Shown here one piece after another: positions 38,274 through 47,814 of a DNA stretch of 64,000 nt. This DNA comes from Spirochaetia bacterium (GTDB taxonomy: Bacteria; Spirochaetota; Spirochaetia; UBA9216): the NCBI GenBank assembly GCA_965140585.1, contig OZ223270.1, positions 160,001 to 224,000 on the forward strand, written 5' to 3'. The notes beneath the pieces are model-generated. The model made no database searches and was not told where the DNA came from. It saw nothing but the letters and a program-made list of their open reading frames with translations. A program made the position numbers and the translations under genes. Position 1 is the first letter of the stretch, and every line of letters starts with the position of its first letter.

Positions 38274-38711
38274 ATGAATCCGCTTATAAATATATCCGAG
38301 GGAGCATCACTGGCATTTCACAGCCTGGCCCTTATAGCAAGAGAGGCTCCGCAGAGACTGAACACCGGCTACATAGCAAAAAATCTGGGTGCATCCGAAG
38401 CCCATCTGGCAAAGGTTTTCCAGAGGCTTAGCAAGGCCGGGGTAGTATCCTCGGTCAGGGGTCCATCCGGCGGATTCATACTGTCAAAAGATCCCCGGGA
38501 AATCAGCTTTCTTAATATCTACGAGATAATGGAATCAAAAATAGATAATCAGGGCTGCCCGCTTGGAAGGTCGGAGTGCTCATTCAGCAGCTGCATCTTT
38601 ACGGCAAAAATGAGCTCAGTCTCACAGGAAATCTACAACATACTGGAAACTATAAACCTGGCTGAATTCAGCGGAAGCGAACGCGTAAGCAGGGGTACGG
38701 AGAACAAATGA
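38274..38711 (+). CDS. Rrf2 family transcriptional regulator
   Basis: HLAKVFQRL..SVRGPSGGF; three C-terminal Cys (C-x6-C-x4-C). Confidence 0.92.
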   Translation: MNPLINISEGASLAFHSLALIAREAPQRLNTGYIAKNLGASEAHLAKVFQRLSKAGVVSSVRGPSGGFILSKDPREISFLNIYEIMESKIDNQGCPLGRSECSFSSCIFTAKMSSVSQEIYNILETINLAEFSGSERVSRGTENK

Positions 38712-39943
38712 ACTATTTCGAAGAAAACGACAAACTTTACAGCATAGTCGACAGATATCCGGAGACCATTCCGGTTTTTGTGAATAACGGATTTCCACAG
38801 ATGGATGACGAGGCTCAAAGAGAAAAATTCGCAAAAACCATATCACTCAAGCACGCGCTGATGCTGAAGCAGACAGATCTGCAGTCCTTCTCTGCCCTGC
38901 TGAATGAGGCAATCAAACGGAAAGCCGAAAGCGGAATTGACGGAATAAATACCGAAAAGGTAACAGAACCAGATATAAGACTGACAGGACTACTGCCCTG
39001 CCCAGTAAGGATTCCGCTGCTGGAACAGTTCAGCCGTTTTGCCGAAAGTTTCGAAAAAGATGCCGGACTTCAGATTGCCCATGAACTGAAAGCTGCTTCG
39101 ATGGGGCTGGACTGGGTTGAAAAAAATATAAGCGGTTTAAGCAGCCATAAAAACCTGCCCGACATCTTCATATCAGCCGGCTTCGATCTTTTCTTTGACA
39201 GAAATAAAATAGGCAGATACAAGGAGCAGGGAGTTTTCAGGGATTTAAGCGGATATGAAAAATACAACGAACTGTTTAACGGAATTGATCTGAAAGACCC
39301 CCGCGGGCACTATTCCATAATCAGTGCTGTACCGGCAGTATTTCTTGTAAACACAAATGAACTTGGAGATACCCCTGAACCGAAAAGCTGGAAAGACATC
39401 CTCAGCCCCGAATTTGAAAACAGGGTATCGATCCCTATCGGCGACTTCGATCTGTTCAACGCGATACTGATTAACATCCACCGAAATTACGGCGAAGAAG
39501 GCGTATTCAGACTGGGAAAGAGCCTTCTTGAATCAATGCACCCCTCACAGATGGTTAAAAGCAATACCAAAAAGATAAACAGACCTGCTGTAACGATAAT
39601 GCCGTTTTTCTTCACAAAGACCGTAAAAGAGGGAGGGCCGATGAAAGCGGTTTGGCCCGAGGATGGAGCCATATTAAGCCCGATCTTCATGCTTACCAAA
39701 GCCGCATCTGCGGAAAAGATTCAGCCGGTAGTTGATTTCTTTGCCTCAAAGGAAGTGGGGGAAACTCTGGCCCACAACGGGCTTTTCCCCAGTACGAGAG
39801 AGGATGTGGATAACCGGATAGATCATTCAAACACATTTATGTGGCCGGGATGGGACTACATCTATTCAAATGATATCGCAGAGCTGATCAGCCGCTGCGA
39901 AGAAGTATTCAATTCAGCTGTAGAAACAGCCGCAGGAGTATAA
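38708..39943 (+). CDS. Substrate-binding-fold protein with an N-terminal DUF1858-like domain and no signal peptide
   Basis: YPETIPVFVNNGF N-terminus, LPCPVRIP, WPEDGA motifs. Confidence 0.75.
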   Translation: MNYFEENDKLYSIVDRYPETIPVFVNNGFPQMDDEAQREKFAKTISLKHALMLKQTDLQSFSALLNEAIKRKAESGIDGINTEKVTEPDIRLTGLLPCPVRIPLLEQFSRFAESFEKDAGLQIAHELKAASMGLDWVEKNISGLSSHKNLPDIFISAGFDLFFDRNKIGRYKEQGVFRDLSGYEKYNELFNGIDLKDPRGHYSIISAVPAVFLVNTNELGDTPEPKSWKDILSPEFENRVSIPIGDFDLFNAILINIHRNYGEEGVFRLGKSLLESMHPSQMVKSNTKKINRPAVTIMPFFFTKTVKEGGPMKAVWPEDGAILSPIFMLTKAASAEKIQPVVDFFASKEVGETLAHNGLFPSTREDVDNRIDHSNTFMWPGWDYIYSNDIAELISRCEEVFNSAVETAAGV

Positions 39944-40654
39944 ATGAACCTGGTAACATTTTCAGGTCCGCCCTCATCGGGCAAGACCTCGGTAATACTT
40001 AAAACTATCGAATCACTTAAAAACAGAGAACTGAAAGTGGGGGTAGCCAAGTTCGACTGTCTCTATACGGATGACGACGAGCTCTACCGCAAGGCAGGCA
40101 TCCCCGTAAAAAAGGGACTCTCAGGCTCCCTCTGTCCTGACCACTACTTCGTCAGCAATATAGAAGAAATAACACAGTGGGGAGTCGAATCAGGCTTTGA
40201 TATACTTATAAGCGAATCAGCAGGCCTCTGCAACCGCTGTTCTCCCTATGTAAAGGAAGTGAAGGCTGTCTGTGTAATTGATAACCTCAGCGGAATAAAT
40301 ACACCCAAAAAGATCGGCCCCATGCTTAAGTCGGCGGATATCGTAATAATCACAAAGGGCGATATCGTCTCCCAGGCGGAAAGGGAAGTCTTTGCCTCAA
40401 GAGTTAACGCTGTTAACCCTTCGGCTGTAATAATGCACATCAACGGGCTGACAGGCCAGGGAAGCTTTGAGCTCAGTACACTGCTCTATGACCCGGAAAC
40501 AGCGCTCACCAGCCTTCAGGGAAAGGAGCTGAGATTCCCAATGCCCTCGGCAATGTGCTCCTACTGCCTGGGCGAAACCCGAATTGGAGAAAGCTACCAA
40601 ATGGGAAATGTACGTAAAATCAACCTTCAGGAGGATGCCGGCCATGGTGCATAA
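39944..40654 (+). CDS. HypB/UreG-like (G3E) GTPase
   Basis: GPPSSGKT, LCPDH, ESAGLCNRCSP, TKGD and CSYC motifs. Confidence 0.85.
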   Translation: MNLVTFSGPPSSGKTSVILKTIESLKNRELKVGVAKFDCLYTDDDELYRKAGIPVKKGLSGSLCPDHYFVSNIEEITQWGVESGFDILISESAGLCNRCSPYVKEVKAVCVIDNLSGINTPKKIGPMLKSADIVIITKGDIVSQAEREVFASRVNAVNPSAVIMHINGLTGQGSFELSTLLYDPETALTSLQGKELRFPMPSAMCSYCLGETRIGESYQMGNVRKINLQEDAGHGA

Positions 40655-41678
40655 AAAAGATATTGAAACCCTGACGGCGGCAAGGATCCTTGACGCCTAC
40701 CCCTTTGCAGAAACCTATTTTGACGACAACAACATAAGCCTGACCGGCCGGAAAAAGCGGACAATCGGGGAGATATTAAACAGCTTTGATGAAGCCGAAC
40801 GTGAAGACAGGGCAATCGACCCTGAAAGACTGTTGAACGGCCTTGCAGACTTTATAAACCAGATGCTTGAGTTTCTAGGCGAAAACGAAAAGGTCCAGTC
40901 GGTAACTATACTTCCCGGAACCGATAAATCGGGAAAATCCGAAGGATTTGAAGAGCTTGTTATCAAAACAAGTGAAATTGTATCAATTGTAGGCCCAACA
41001 GGTTCCGGAAAAAGCAGACTGCTCGGCGATATTGAATGGGTTGCCCAGGCCGATACACCGACATCAAGGCGCATTCTTATAAACGGAGAGGTCCCTGATA
41101 AAAGCTGGCGCTTTTCAACCTCAAAGAAGCTAGTGGCACAGCTGTCGCAGAACATGAATTTCGTCATGGACTTGAGCGTCCGCGAATTTGTGAGCATGCA
41201 CGCCGAAAGCCGCATGGCCGAAAACAGGGAAGAAATAACTGAAAAAATCATCGCCGAGGCAAACAGACTTGCTGGCGAGCAGTTCGGACCGGAAACCCCG
41301 GTTACAAGCCTCAGCGGCGGCCAGTCACGGGCACTTATGATTGCCGACACGGCAATCCTGAGCAAGTCACCGATCATCCTTATCGATGAGATCGAAAATG
41401 CCGGAATTGACCGCAAAAAGGCCCTCGAACTGCTTTTATCAGAAGAAAAAATCGTCCTGATGGCCACTCATGACCCGATTCTGGCGCTTATAGCCGACCG
41501 GCGGATCGTAATAAAAAACGGCGGGATTTCAAAAATTATTGAAACAACAGAAGAGGAGAAAACAATCCTCGGAGAGCTTGAAGAGCTCGACAGAACCTTC
41601 CTGTCCTACAGGACAAAACTCAGACAGGGAAACAGATTAACAGAAACCAAAGATTCAGAGGAGAAACGATATGCATGA
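40644..41678 (+). CDS. ABC-type ATPase with N-terminal extension
   Basis: GPTGSGKS, LSGGQSRALM, IDEIENAG and ATHD motifs; AGGAGG at 40629. Confidence 0.88.
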   Translation: MVHKKDIETLTAARILDAYPFAETYFDDNNISLTGRKKRTIGEILNSFDEAEREDRAIDPERLLNGLADFINQMLEFLGENEKVQSVTILPGTDKSGKSEGFEELVIKTSEIVSIVGPTGSGKSRLLGDIEWVAQADTPTSRRILINGEVPDKSWRFSTSKKLVAQLSQNMNFVMDLSVREFVSMHAESRMAENREEITEKIIAEANRLAGEQFGPETPVTSLSGGQSRALMIADTAILSKSPIILIDEIENAGIDRKKALELLLSEEKIVLMATHDPILALIADRRIVIKNGGISKIIETTEEEKTILGELEELDRTFLSYRTKLRQGNRLTETKDSEEKRYA

Positions 41679-41913
41679 CGGTTGTTCAGGTTCATTTGAT
41701 AATGCAAAAGCAGTAGTAGACAAGGTACGGATGATGGGATTTTCGGAACAGTTCCTACCGATTCCACTGCAGATTACCTGCGGCTCCTGCGGCAGTGAGT
41801 TCGGGATGGAAACCTTCGAGTTTAACTGCCCGGACTGCGGTTCAGTACACGCAGTTACCCCCTGCCACGCCTTCGACCCGGCTAACGTAATGGCAGCCGG
41901 GGCCGGATATTAG
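41671..41913 (+). CDS. Small Zn-ribbon protein
   Basis: MHDGC N-terminus, CGSC...CPDC, PCH; GGAG SD; overlaps the upstream stop. Confidence 0.8.
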   Translation: MHDGCSGSFDNAKAVVDKVRMMGFSEQFLPIPLQITCGSCGSEFGMETFEFNCPDCGSVHAVTPCHAFDPANVMAAGAGY

Positions 41914-41930
41914 AAAATCGTCCGCTTTTT

Positions 41931-41979
41931 ATAAACTCCAATAGTTCTAAAATGAAATTATTGGAGTTTTATTTTTTTT
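41931..41979 (+). terminator. Terminator after the Rrf2 operon
   Basis: AAACTCCAATA...TATTGGAGTTT followed by a T-run. Confidence 0.65.
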
Positions 41980-42035
41980 ACTGAAGATATAATATTAAAC
42001 AGGCCGATGCTACGATTATGGGAAGGACTGTTGAA

Positions 42036-43331
42036 ATGAAAAGAAATCGTATTTTATTTTTAATCCTGATAATTGTTTCTCTCACCGGGTGTAAATCTCT
42101 TTCAAGTGAGGGAAGACTTTTAACTGACGCAACACGAGCAAAAAGATCCGGAGACTACTACAATGCAGCAATCAATGCGATTGAATCTGTGCGCATAGAT
42201 AACGAGTACAAAAAAGCACTGCTTTTTCTGGATGAAATATATCCCGAAGCTGTCAGCTACTACGAACAGAAAGCGGAGCAGACTAAGACCAGCAGCGAAA
42301 TTTTCAAAAATGATAAAATCGCAACGTACTACGGATATCTGGTTGAAATAAATGAAGCGGCAAGAACACTTCCGCCGCTTTACCATCCGAAAACAAAAAT
42401 GCAGCTGAGCTTCAGCTATACAGACTACAGCGCCGAGCGCGGAGAGTATTCTGAGCTGGCCGCTGAAGACCACTACCAGGAAGGCCTGCGCCTTGCAAAA
42501 CTCAAGACAAGGGAAGATTCGAAACAGGCGGCCAAAGAATTTGAAATGGCTCTTGGATTCGTTCCCGGATTCAGGGATGCAAAAGCCAGAGCAGCCGCAG
42601 CACTCGAGGAAGGCACCCAGGTTGTAGCATTTTTCGAGTTCAGAAATAACGCATGGGACATCCCCATCAACCAGTTCTCAGACCTGGTTCAGGCTACTGC
42701 AATATCAGAGCTGATGAAAGATCGCGAAGTCATGAAATTCACAAAGTTTATCGATAGACAGATGCAGTCAAACCTCCTGAATGAGCAGATAAGCTCGATG
42801 AATGCACTAATGGACGATCAGTCCAGGGTGGAAATTGGAAACCTGCTTAATTCAAATATATTCATAACCGGAACTATCGATGCAGCATCAATTGACAACC
42901 CGCCGCCTTCAAGAAGAACCGAACACAAGGTTCTAACACTCGAGGAAGAAACTACTGAAACATCATCAACTTCAACAACATCAGGCACTTCAGGTTCCTG
43001 GAAATCGGGTTCAACACCACAGCCTCCTAACGTGGCGGAAGCTGAAATTACATATTTCAAAAGAACAATCACATTTAACGCCACGGTAACTTTCAGGGCT
43101 ATCGATGTTGAGACAGGAGAAATCCTAATGGGGAATACGGTCAGCTGGAGTGAAAAGGACGAAGCGGAATGGGCAAGATGGAGAGGCGACGAGAGAGCCC
43201 TCGACTACAATGATCGAAACCTTGCCTCAAAGGACGATACCGACATCCGCTCGGTACAGACTCTTGCAACCGAAGCAGCGAAGGAACTTGGAAAGAAAAT
43301 AGCTTCCGAACTTGCTAAAATGCTGCGCTGA
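42036..43331 (+). CDS. Lipoprotein with helical repeats and a C-terminal CsgG/LpoB-like domain
   Basis: MKRNR-hydrophobic-LTGC lipobox; IDR....LL.EQ..EIGNLL..FITG pattern; Ser/Thr-rich loop. Confidence 0.7.
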   Translation: MKRNRILFLILIIVSLTGCKSLSSEGRLLTDATRAKRSGDYYNAAINAIESVRIDNEYKKALLFLDEIYPEAVSYYEQKAEQTKTSSEIFKNDKIATYYGYLVEINEAARTLPPLYHPKTKMQLSFSYTDYSAERGEYSELAAEDHYQEGLRLAKLKTREDSKQAAKEFEMALGFVPGFRDAKARAAAALEEGTQVVAFFEFRNNAWDIPINQFSDLVQATAISELMKDREVMKFTKFIDRQMQSNLLNEQISSMNALMDDQSRVEIGNLLNSNIFITGTIDAASIDNPPPSRRTEHKVLTLEEETTETSSTSTTSGTSGSWKSGSTPQPPNVAEAEITYFKRTITFNATVTFRAIDVETGEILMGNTVSWSEKDEAEWARWRGDERALDYNDRNLASKDDTDIRSVQTLATEAAKELGKKIASELAKMLR

Positions 43332-43362
43332 GAAGCGTCAACAGATATTAAATTTAAAAGAT

Positions 43363-43410
43363 GCCGTCCGAATCAGGGAAAAGCTCTGTTTCGGACGGCT
43401 TTTTGTTTTT
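43363..43410 (+). terminator. Intrinsic terminator
   Basis: GCCGTCCGAA...TTCGGACGGC followed by T5. Confidence 0.8.
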
Positions 43411-43457
43411 AGACTTGACAACAGGGCTCTGCAGAGTCAAATTTATATTAATAACCT

Positions 43458-44927
43458 ATGAAAAAAAGATTGTTTAAATTAATACCTATTCTGGTTCTTT
43501 TTTCCGCCGTCTGCGCGGAAGCCGCTGATGTTACCGTGATCCCGGTTAACGGAGAAATAGACCGTTCACTTACAGTATTTATCAGACGGAGCATTGAGAA
43601 GGCCGATAACAGCGGCGCCGATACAATCATATTTGAAATTGACACCTTCGGGGGACTTGTTGAATCGGCCCTTCAGATTGCAACACTGATCGGCAATGCA
43701 GAACAGCATACAATTGCCTATATTCCGGCGGCTCCTGAAACTACCGGTGTAAGCTGGTCGGCCGGAGCACTTATCAGCTTTGCCTGCAATGAAATTTATA
43801 TGGCGCCCGGAACATCCATAGGCGCAGCAGCGCCGGTCTATTCGAGTGCCGAAGGGATGAAAGCGGCCGAAGAGAAAACTGTCAGCGCCGTACGCGGGCA
43901 GATGGCCGCACTTGCTGAGAAAAACGGATACCCAAAGGCTGCAGCACTTGCAATGGTTGATGCCGACACTGAGCTTTCAGAGTACTTCATAAATGATATA
44001 CCGTCACTTGCATCCGCAGAAGAACTGCCTCAAATTCAAACTGAGGCAGAGGCAAACGGCAAAGCATTCAGGATAGGCAAAACGGTCTCTAAACCCGGAA
44101 AGCTGCTGACTCTGACTGCAAACGAGATGGCCTTTTACCGGATAAGCTCGGGAACAGCCGAAAGCAGAACAGAGCTGCTTCAGCTTGAAGGCATTGAAGC
44201 GGACAGTGTGGAAACAGCTGAATCAAGCTTACCCGACAGTCTGATAGCACTAATAACAGGAAGCGCCCTCACTACCCTTCTTGTAATAATAGGCCTGGCT
44301 GCTGTCTATATCGAAATTACCAGTCCGGGGTTCGGGATACCCGGAACCGTTGCGATAATTGTCTTTTCGATTCTATTTGCCTCAAACGCAATGCTTGGAA
44401 ATGTGGGCTCTCTTGAAATACTGCTGTTTCTTGCCGGAGTGGCACTGCTTGCAGTCGAAATATTTATAATTCCGGGCTTCGGGGCAGCAGGAATAAGCGG
44501 AATAGTGCTCATTGCAGTTGGACTTGTACTTGCAGGTCAGGATTTTGTCCTGCCGGAGGTTGACTGGCAGTATGACCTGTTTAAACAGAATATCATCAAC
44601 GTAGGAATAGGAACCCTGGGCTCGATAATTCTTGTCGGTGTAATATTCCTGCTGTTTCCAAGGATAGGTGTATTCAACCGGCTTGTGCTGAAAACAGAAG
44701 AAACACCGGCCTCCGGTTTTACAGTTCAGAAAGAGAATACCGACTCGGTTCTCATTGGAAAGACAGGAACAGCAGCAACTAATCTTCGTCCCGCCGGAAA
44801 AGCCGATATTAACGGAGAGCTTATCACAGTTGAATCTTCCGGTGAATATATTGAGAAGGGAACTGTAGTAACCATTACCGGAGTTAACGGAAACCGGATT
44901 ATTGCTTCAAAGGCGGACATGACATGA
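43458..44927 (+). CDS. nfeD: Long NfeD family protein (ClpP-like domain, TM region, OB fold)
   Basis: IDTFGG, SAGALI, MAPGTSIGAA and LRPAGK motifs. Confidence 0.9.
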   Translation: MKKRLFKLIPILVLFSAVCAEAADVTVIPVNGEIDRSLTVFIRRSIEKADNSGADTIIFEIDTFGGLVESALQIATLIGNAEQHTIAYIPAAPETTGVSWSAGALISFACNEIYMAPGTSIGAAAPVYSSAEGMKAAEEKTVSAVRGQMAALAEKNGYPKAAALAMVDADTELSEYFINDIPSLASAEELPQIQTEAEANGKAFRIGKTVSKPGKLLTLTANEMAFYRISSGTAESRTELLQLEGIEADSVETAESSLPDSLIALITGSALTTLLVIIGLAAVYIEITSPGFGIPGTVAIIVFSILFASNAMLGNVGSLEILLFLAGVALLAVEIFIIPGFGAAGISGIVLIAVGLVLAGQDFVLPEVDWQYDLFKQNIINVGIGTLGSIILVGVIFLLFPRIGVFNRLVLKTEETPASGFTVQKENTDSVLIGKTGTAATNLRPAGKADINGELITVESSGEYIEKGTVVTITGVNGNRIIASKADMT

Positions 44928-45400
44928 TTAAAGCGGCAGCGCTGCTTGCGGCAGGAATTATATTTATAATTATTGAGTTTTTCATTCCGGCATTCGGATT
45001 GGTAGGCCTTGTAGGTGCGGGGACAGTTATTGCATCGATTGTAACCGCGTTTATGATAAGCAATACCATGGGTGCTGTTCTTATCATCATAGCTGCAATA
45101 ATGATTCCGCTGCTGATAGCTCTGTTCTTCAAGGTTTTTCCGCACACCTTTTTCGGCAAACGACTGATTCTTGGAAAAACATTTGGAAAGGAAGAAGGCT
45201 TTACAGCCGGAGCTGGAGATATGAGCAGCATTCTGGGGCAGTCAGGAACAGCTTTTACCGACCTCAGGCCGTCCGGGATGATAATTATTGAAAACAAGCG
45301 GATAAACGCCGTTTCCAACGGTGAATACATAGAAAAAGACAGTAAAATTATTGTTAAAAAAGTAGACGGCAACAGGATTGTCGTAAGCAAGGAGGATTAA
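44924..45400 (+). CDS. Short NfeD family protein
   Basis: EFFIPAFG, TM helices, TDLRPSG OB fold. Confidence 0.88.
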   Translation: MIKAAALLAAGIIFIIIEFFIPAFGLVGLVGAGTVIASIVTAFMISNTMGAVLIIIAAIMIPLLIALFFKVFPHTFFGKRLILGKTFGKEEGFTAGAGDMSSILGQSGTAFTDLRPSGMIIIENKRINAVSNGEYIEKDSKIIVKKVDGNRIVVSKED

Positions 45401-46387
45401 ATGGTTTTGGTTTATATCGTAGCAGGGGTTATAGCCCTCATAATTATTGCACTGTTTATCAAATTTTTCGGATTGTGGTTCAGAGCCCTTCTTTCAGGTG
45501 CACATATCTCACTCGGACGCCTGATAGGAATGTGGATACGACAGGTCAAATCAAAGCAGATTGTTGACAGCCGGATTATGCTTACAAAAGCCGGAATTGC
45601 AACAGATTCTGATCTTCTTGAAACACACTACCTGGCAGGCGGTGACGTTATAAGAGTAAGCAAGGCACTTATTGCCGCTAACAAGGCCAATATCGTACTT
45701 GATTTTCAGCAGGCTGCAGCCATCGATCTGGCAGGACGCGATGTACTTGATGCAGTAAAAACCAGCGTAAACCCCAAAGTAATAGACTGCCCCAATCCCG
45801 ACAAGGGGCGGCAGACAATAGATGCTGTGGCCAAGGACGGAATACAGCTGAGGGCAAAGGCCAGAGTTACCGTAAGGGCCAATATTGAAAGGCTTGTGGG
45901 AGGAGCCACCGAGGAAACAATTATAGCCAGAGTCGGTGAAGGTATTGTAACAACAATAGGAAGTGCGGAAACATACAAGGATGTTATTGAGAATCCTGAC
46001 AAGATTTCAAAGACCGTACTTGCAAAGGGTCTGGATGCAGGTACAGCATTCGAGATACTTTCTATTGACATTGCAGATGTGGATGTCGGCGACAATATCG
46101 GAGCAAAACTTCAGGCCGATCAGGCGGAAGCAGACAAACGCCGTTTCCAGGCCGTTGCGGAACAGCGCAGAGCTGCAGCAATTGCAAGAGAGCAGGAAAT
46201 GTCAGCCCTGGTTCAGGAAAACAAGGCACAGGTTGTTCTGGCCGAAGCCGAGATTCCAAAAGCTATTGCTGCTGCATTCAGGGAAGGACATCTGGGCATC
46301 ATGGATTATTATCGGCTCAGAAACATTCAGGCTGATACAGACATGAGGCAGAGCATAAGCGATGACGGAAAGAAGTCTGACAAGTAA
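45401..46387 (+). CDS. floA: Flotillin-like protein FloA (YqfA)
   Basis: [44 protein letters not shown] and DTDMR motifs. Confidence 0.95.
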   Translation: MVLVYIVAGVIALIIIALFIKFFGLWFRALLSGAHISLGRLIGMWIRQVKSKQIVDSRIMLTKAGIATDSDLLETHYLAGGDVIRVSKALIAANKANIVLDFQQAAAIDLAGRDVLDAVKTSVNPKVIDCPNPDKGRQTIDAVAKDGIQLRAKARVTVRANIERLVGGATEETIIARVGEGIVTTIGSAETYKDVIENPDKISKTVLAKGLDAGTAFEILSIDIADVDVGDNIGAKLQADQAEADKRRFQAVAEQRRAAAIAREQEMSALVQENKAQVVLAEAEIPKAIAAAFREGHLGIMDYYRLRNIQADTDMRQSISDDGKKSDK

Positions 46388-46401
46388 AGCTGGGGAACAT
46401 A

Positions 46402-46956
46402 ATGGCTTTTGAATCAATTCCTTTTTTCTTAATAATTGCAATATTCTTCTCGGTTTTCAGATTTATCAAAAAGGCCGGCAAAAACCAGAATAAATCAGCC
46501 GATCCTTTCAGTGCTGTTAAAAAACAGATGCAGGATGCTGCAAAAAAGAATAACGGAAAGGCTAAGCCTTCAGGAACAGAAAAGGGCTTTTCAGATTTTA
46601 TTAAAAATATTGATGAGGCTTTCACCTTTAAAAGCAGAGAAACCGGGCAGCAGGAAGAGCCTGAACAAACTTATGCCGCCCAAGATCAACCGGAGATTAC
46701 AGAAAAGACTCCCGCATACAGCGGAGAGTCTTCAACGAAGAGTGTTTTCGGACTCGACATTCAGGAAGCAGAAACTTCCAAAGTAAAGCCGGCTGCTCAA
46801 AAGACAGCCGGAATCGCCACAGAAGACTACAGATACTCAGATACATCAGACCCTTCTGTTGAAGAAACAGCCTCCGGCAGGATTAGCAGGCTGCCCGATC
46901 TCAAAAAGGCTGTTATCTGGTCGGAGATTCTGGGGACCCCGAAGGGGCTTCAGTAA
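46402..46956 (+). CDS. YqfB-like protein downstream of floA
   Basis: N-terminal TM helix, low-complexity middle, C-terminal AVIWSEILG.P. Confidence 0.75.
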   Translation: MAFESIPFFLIIAIFFSVFRFIKKAGKNQNKSADPFSAVKKQMQDAAKKNNGKAKPSGTEKGFSDFIKNIDEAFTFKSRETGQQEEPEQTYAAQDQPEITEKTPAYSGESSTKSVFGLDIQEAETSKVKPAAQKTAGIATEDYRYSDTSDPSVEETASGRISRLPDLKKAVIWSEILGTPKGLQ

Positions 46957-47698
46957 CAAACATCATTTCATGGGTCTCCGGAGTGCCATATCCCTCAATA
47001 CCCTCCGGAGAGAGCCCCTTCCCGCCTACTGCAGTTTTTACAATCTTGCGGTTAAAATCATGGGTATCGGGGCTTGCAAGATATTCATCAAGCGGCATCC
47101 ATAAACCCTCTTCAATTTCGGATTCATCAATTGTAATTTCTGTAGAAAGAGGCTCAAGCCTGCACACAAAATAGATATCGGACTTTCCGTATCTATACCC
47201 GTGCCAGTGCCTGAAACAGGCAAGTGAAACAAAACGGGTCTTAATACCGGTCTCTTCCTCAACCTCACGAATCACCGCCTCTTCTATATGTTCACCCTGA
47301 TGAAGGGTTCCGCCGGGAAGCTTGTAATGACGACGATTGTTATGTCTGTATTTTTCCTGGATAACCAGAATCCTGTTTTCCGAATCAATAACAACTCCGC
47401 CTGCTCCGATATAATGTGTAGCAAATGGAGGAATATATGAGCCTTCAACAAGGGTCAGGGTAAGCTGAAGCCTGTCTTCAAGAGCATGATGGAAAATAAA
47501 TCCGGAAGCTACGGCCTGGGGAATCAGTTCTGATTTTTCAATTGGGATTTCCAGCCATACAACACGGAGATTCTGCTCTTTTATTTCGTCTATTGTTTTT
47601 TTAAGTCTCAGTCCGAAATCTCCGGGATCACCGCCGATATCGTCTCCGGCAATAACTGCACCCTCAAAAGGATTTCTCTGATAAGCAAGTTGGTTCAT
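46913..47698 (-). CDS. NUDIX hydrolase
   Basis: LPGG...GE....AVIREVEEETG Nudix box; start taken at M21. Confidence 0.9.
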   Translation of the reverse strand: MNQLAYQRNPFEGAVIAGDDIGGDPGDFGLRLKKTIDEIKEQNLRVVWLEIPIEKSELIPQAVASGFIFHHALEDRLQLTLTLVEGSYIPPFATHYIGAGGVVIDSENRILVIQEKYRHNNRRHYKLPGGTLHQGEHIEEAVIREVEEETGIKTRFVSLACFRHWHGYRYGKSDIYFVCRLEPLSTEITIDESEIEEGLWMPLDEYLASPDTHDFNRKIVKTAVGGKGLSPEGIEGYGTPETHEMMFVTEAPSGSPESPTR

Positions 47699-47814
47699 GC
47701 TTAAAAAGTATTCAATATTCCGGCTTTTCGCAAGTAGACCGATATGTCGAACTGGCATTATAGCCAGAATATGATATTATACTCAGACAAAACAAACACA
47801 GACCGGAGAAAAAT

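Noticed and set aside
41931-41979. Long AT-rich hairpin as a fourth element copy
   Set aside because: Single stem followed by a T-run with no linker; it fits a terminator
43458-46956. nfeD-nfeD-floA-yqfB as a novel system
   Set aside because: Matches the known yqeZ-floA-yqfB type membrane-microdomain operon
46913-46956. Convergent 3' overlaps (also 2367-2398 and 26402-26415)
   Set aside because: Short tail-to-tail overlaps are common in compact bacterial genomes
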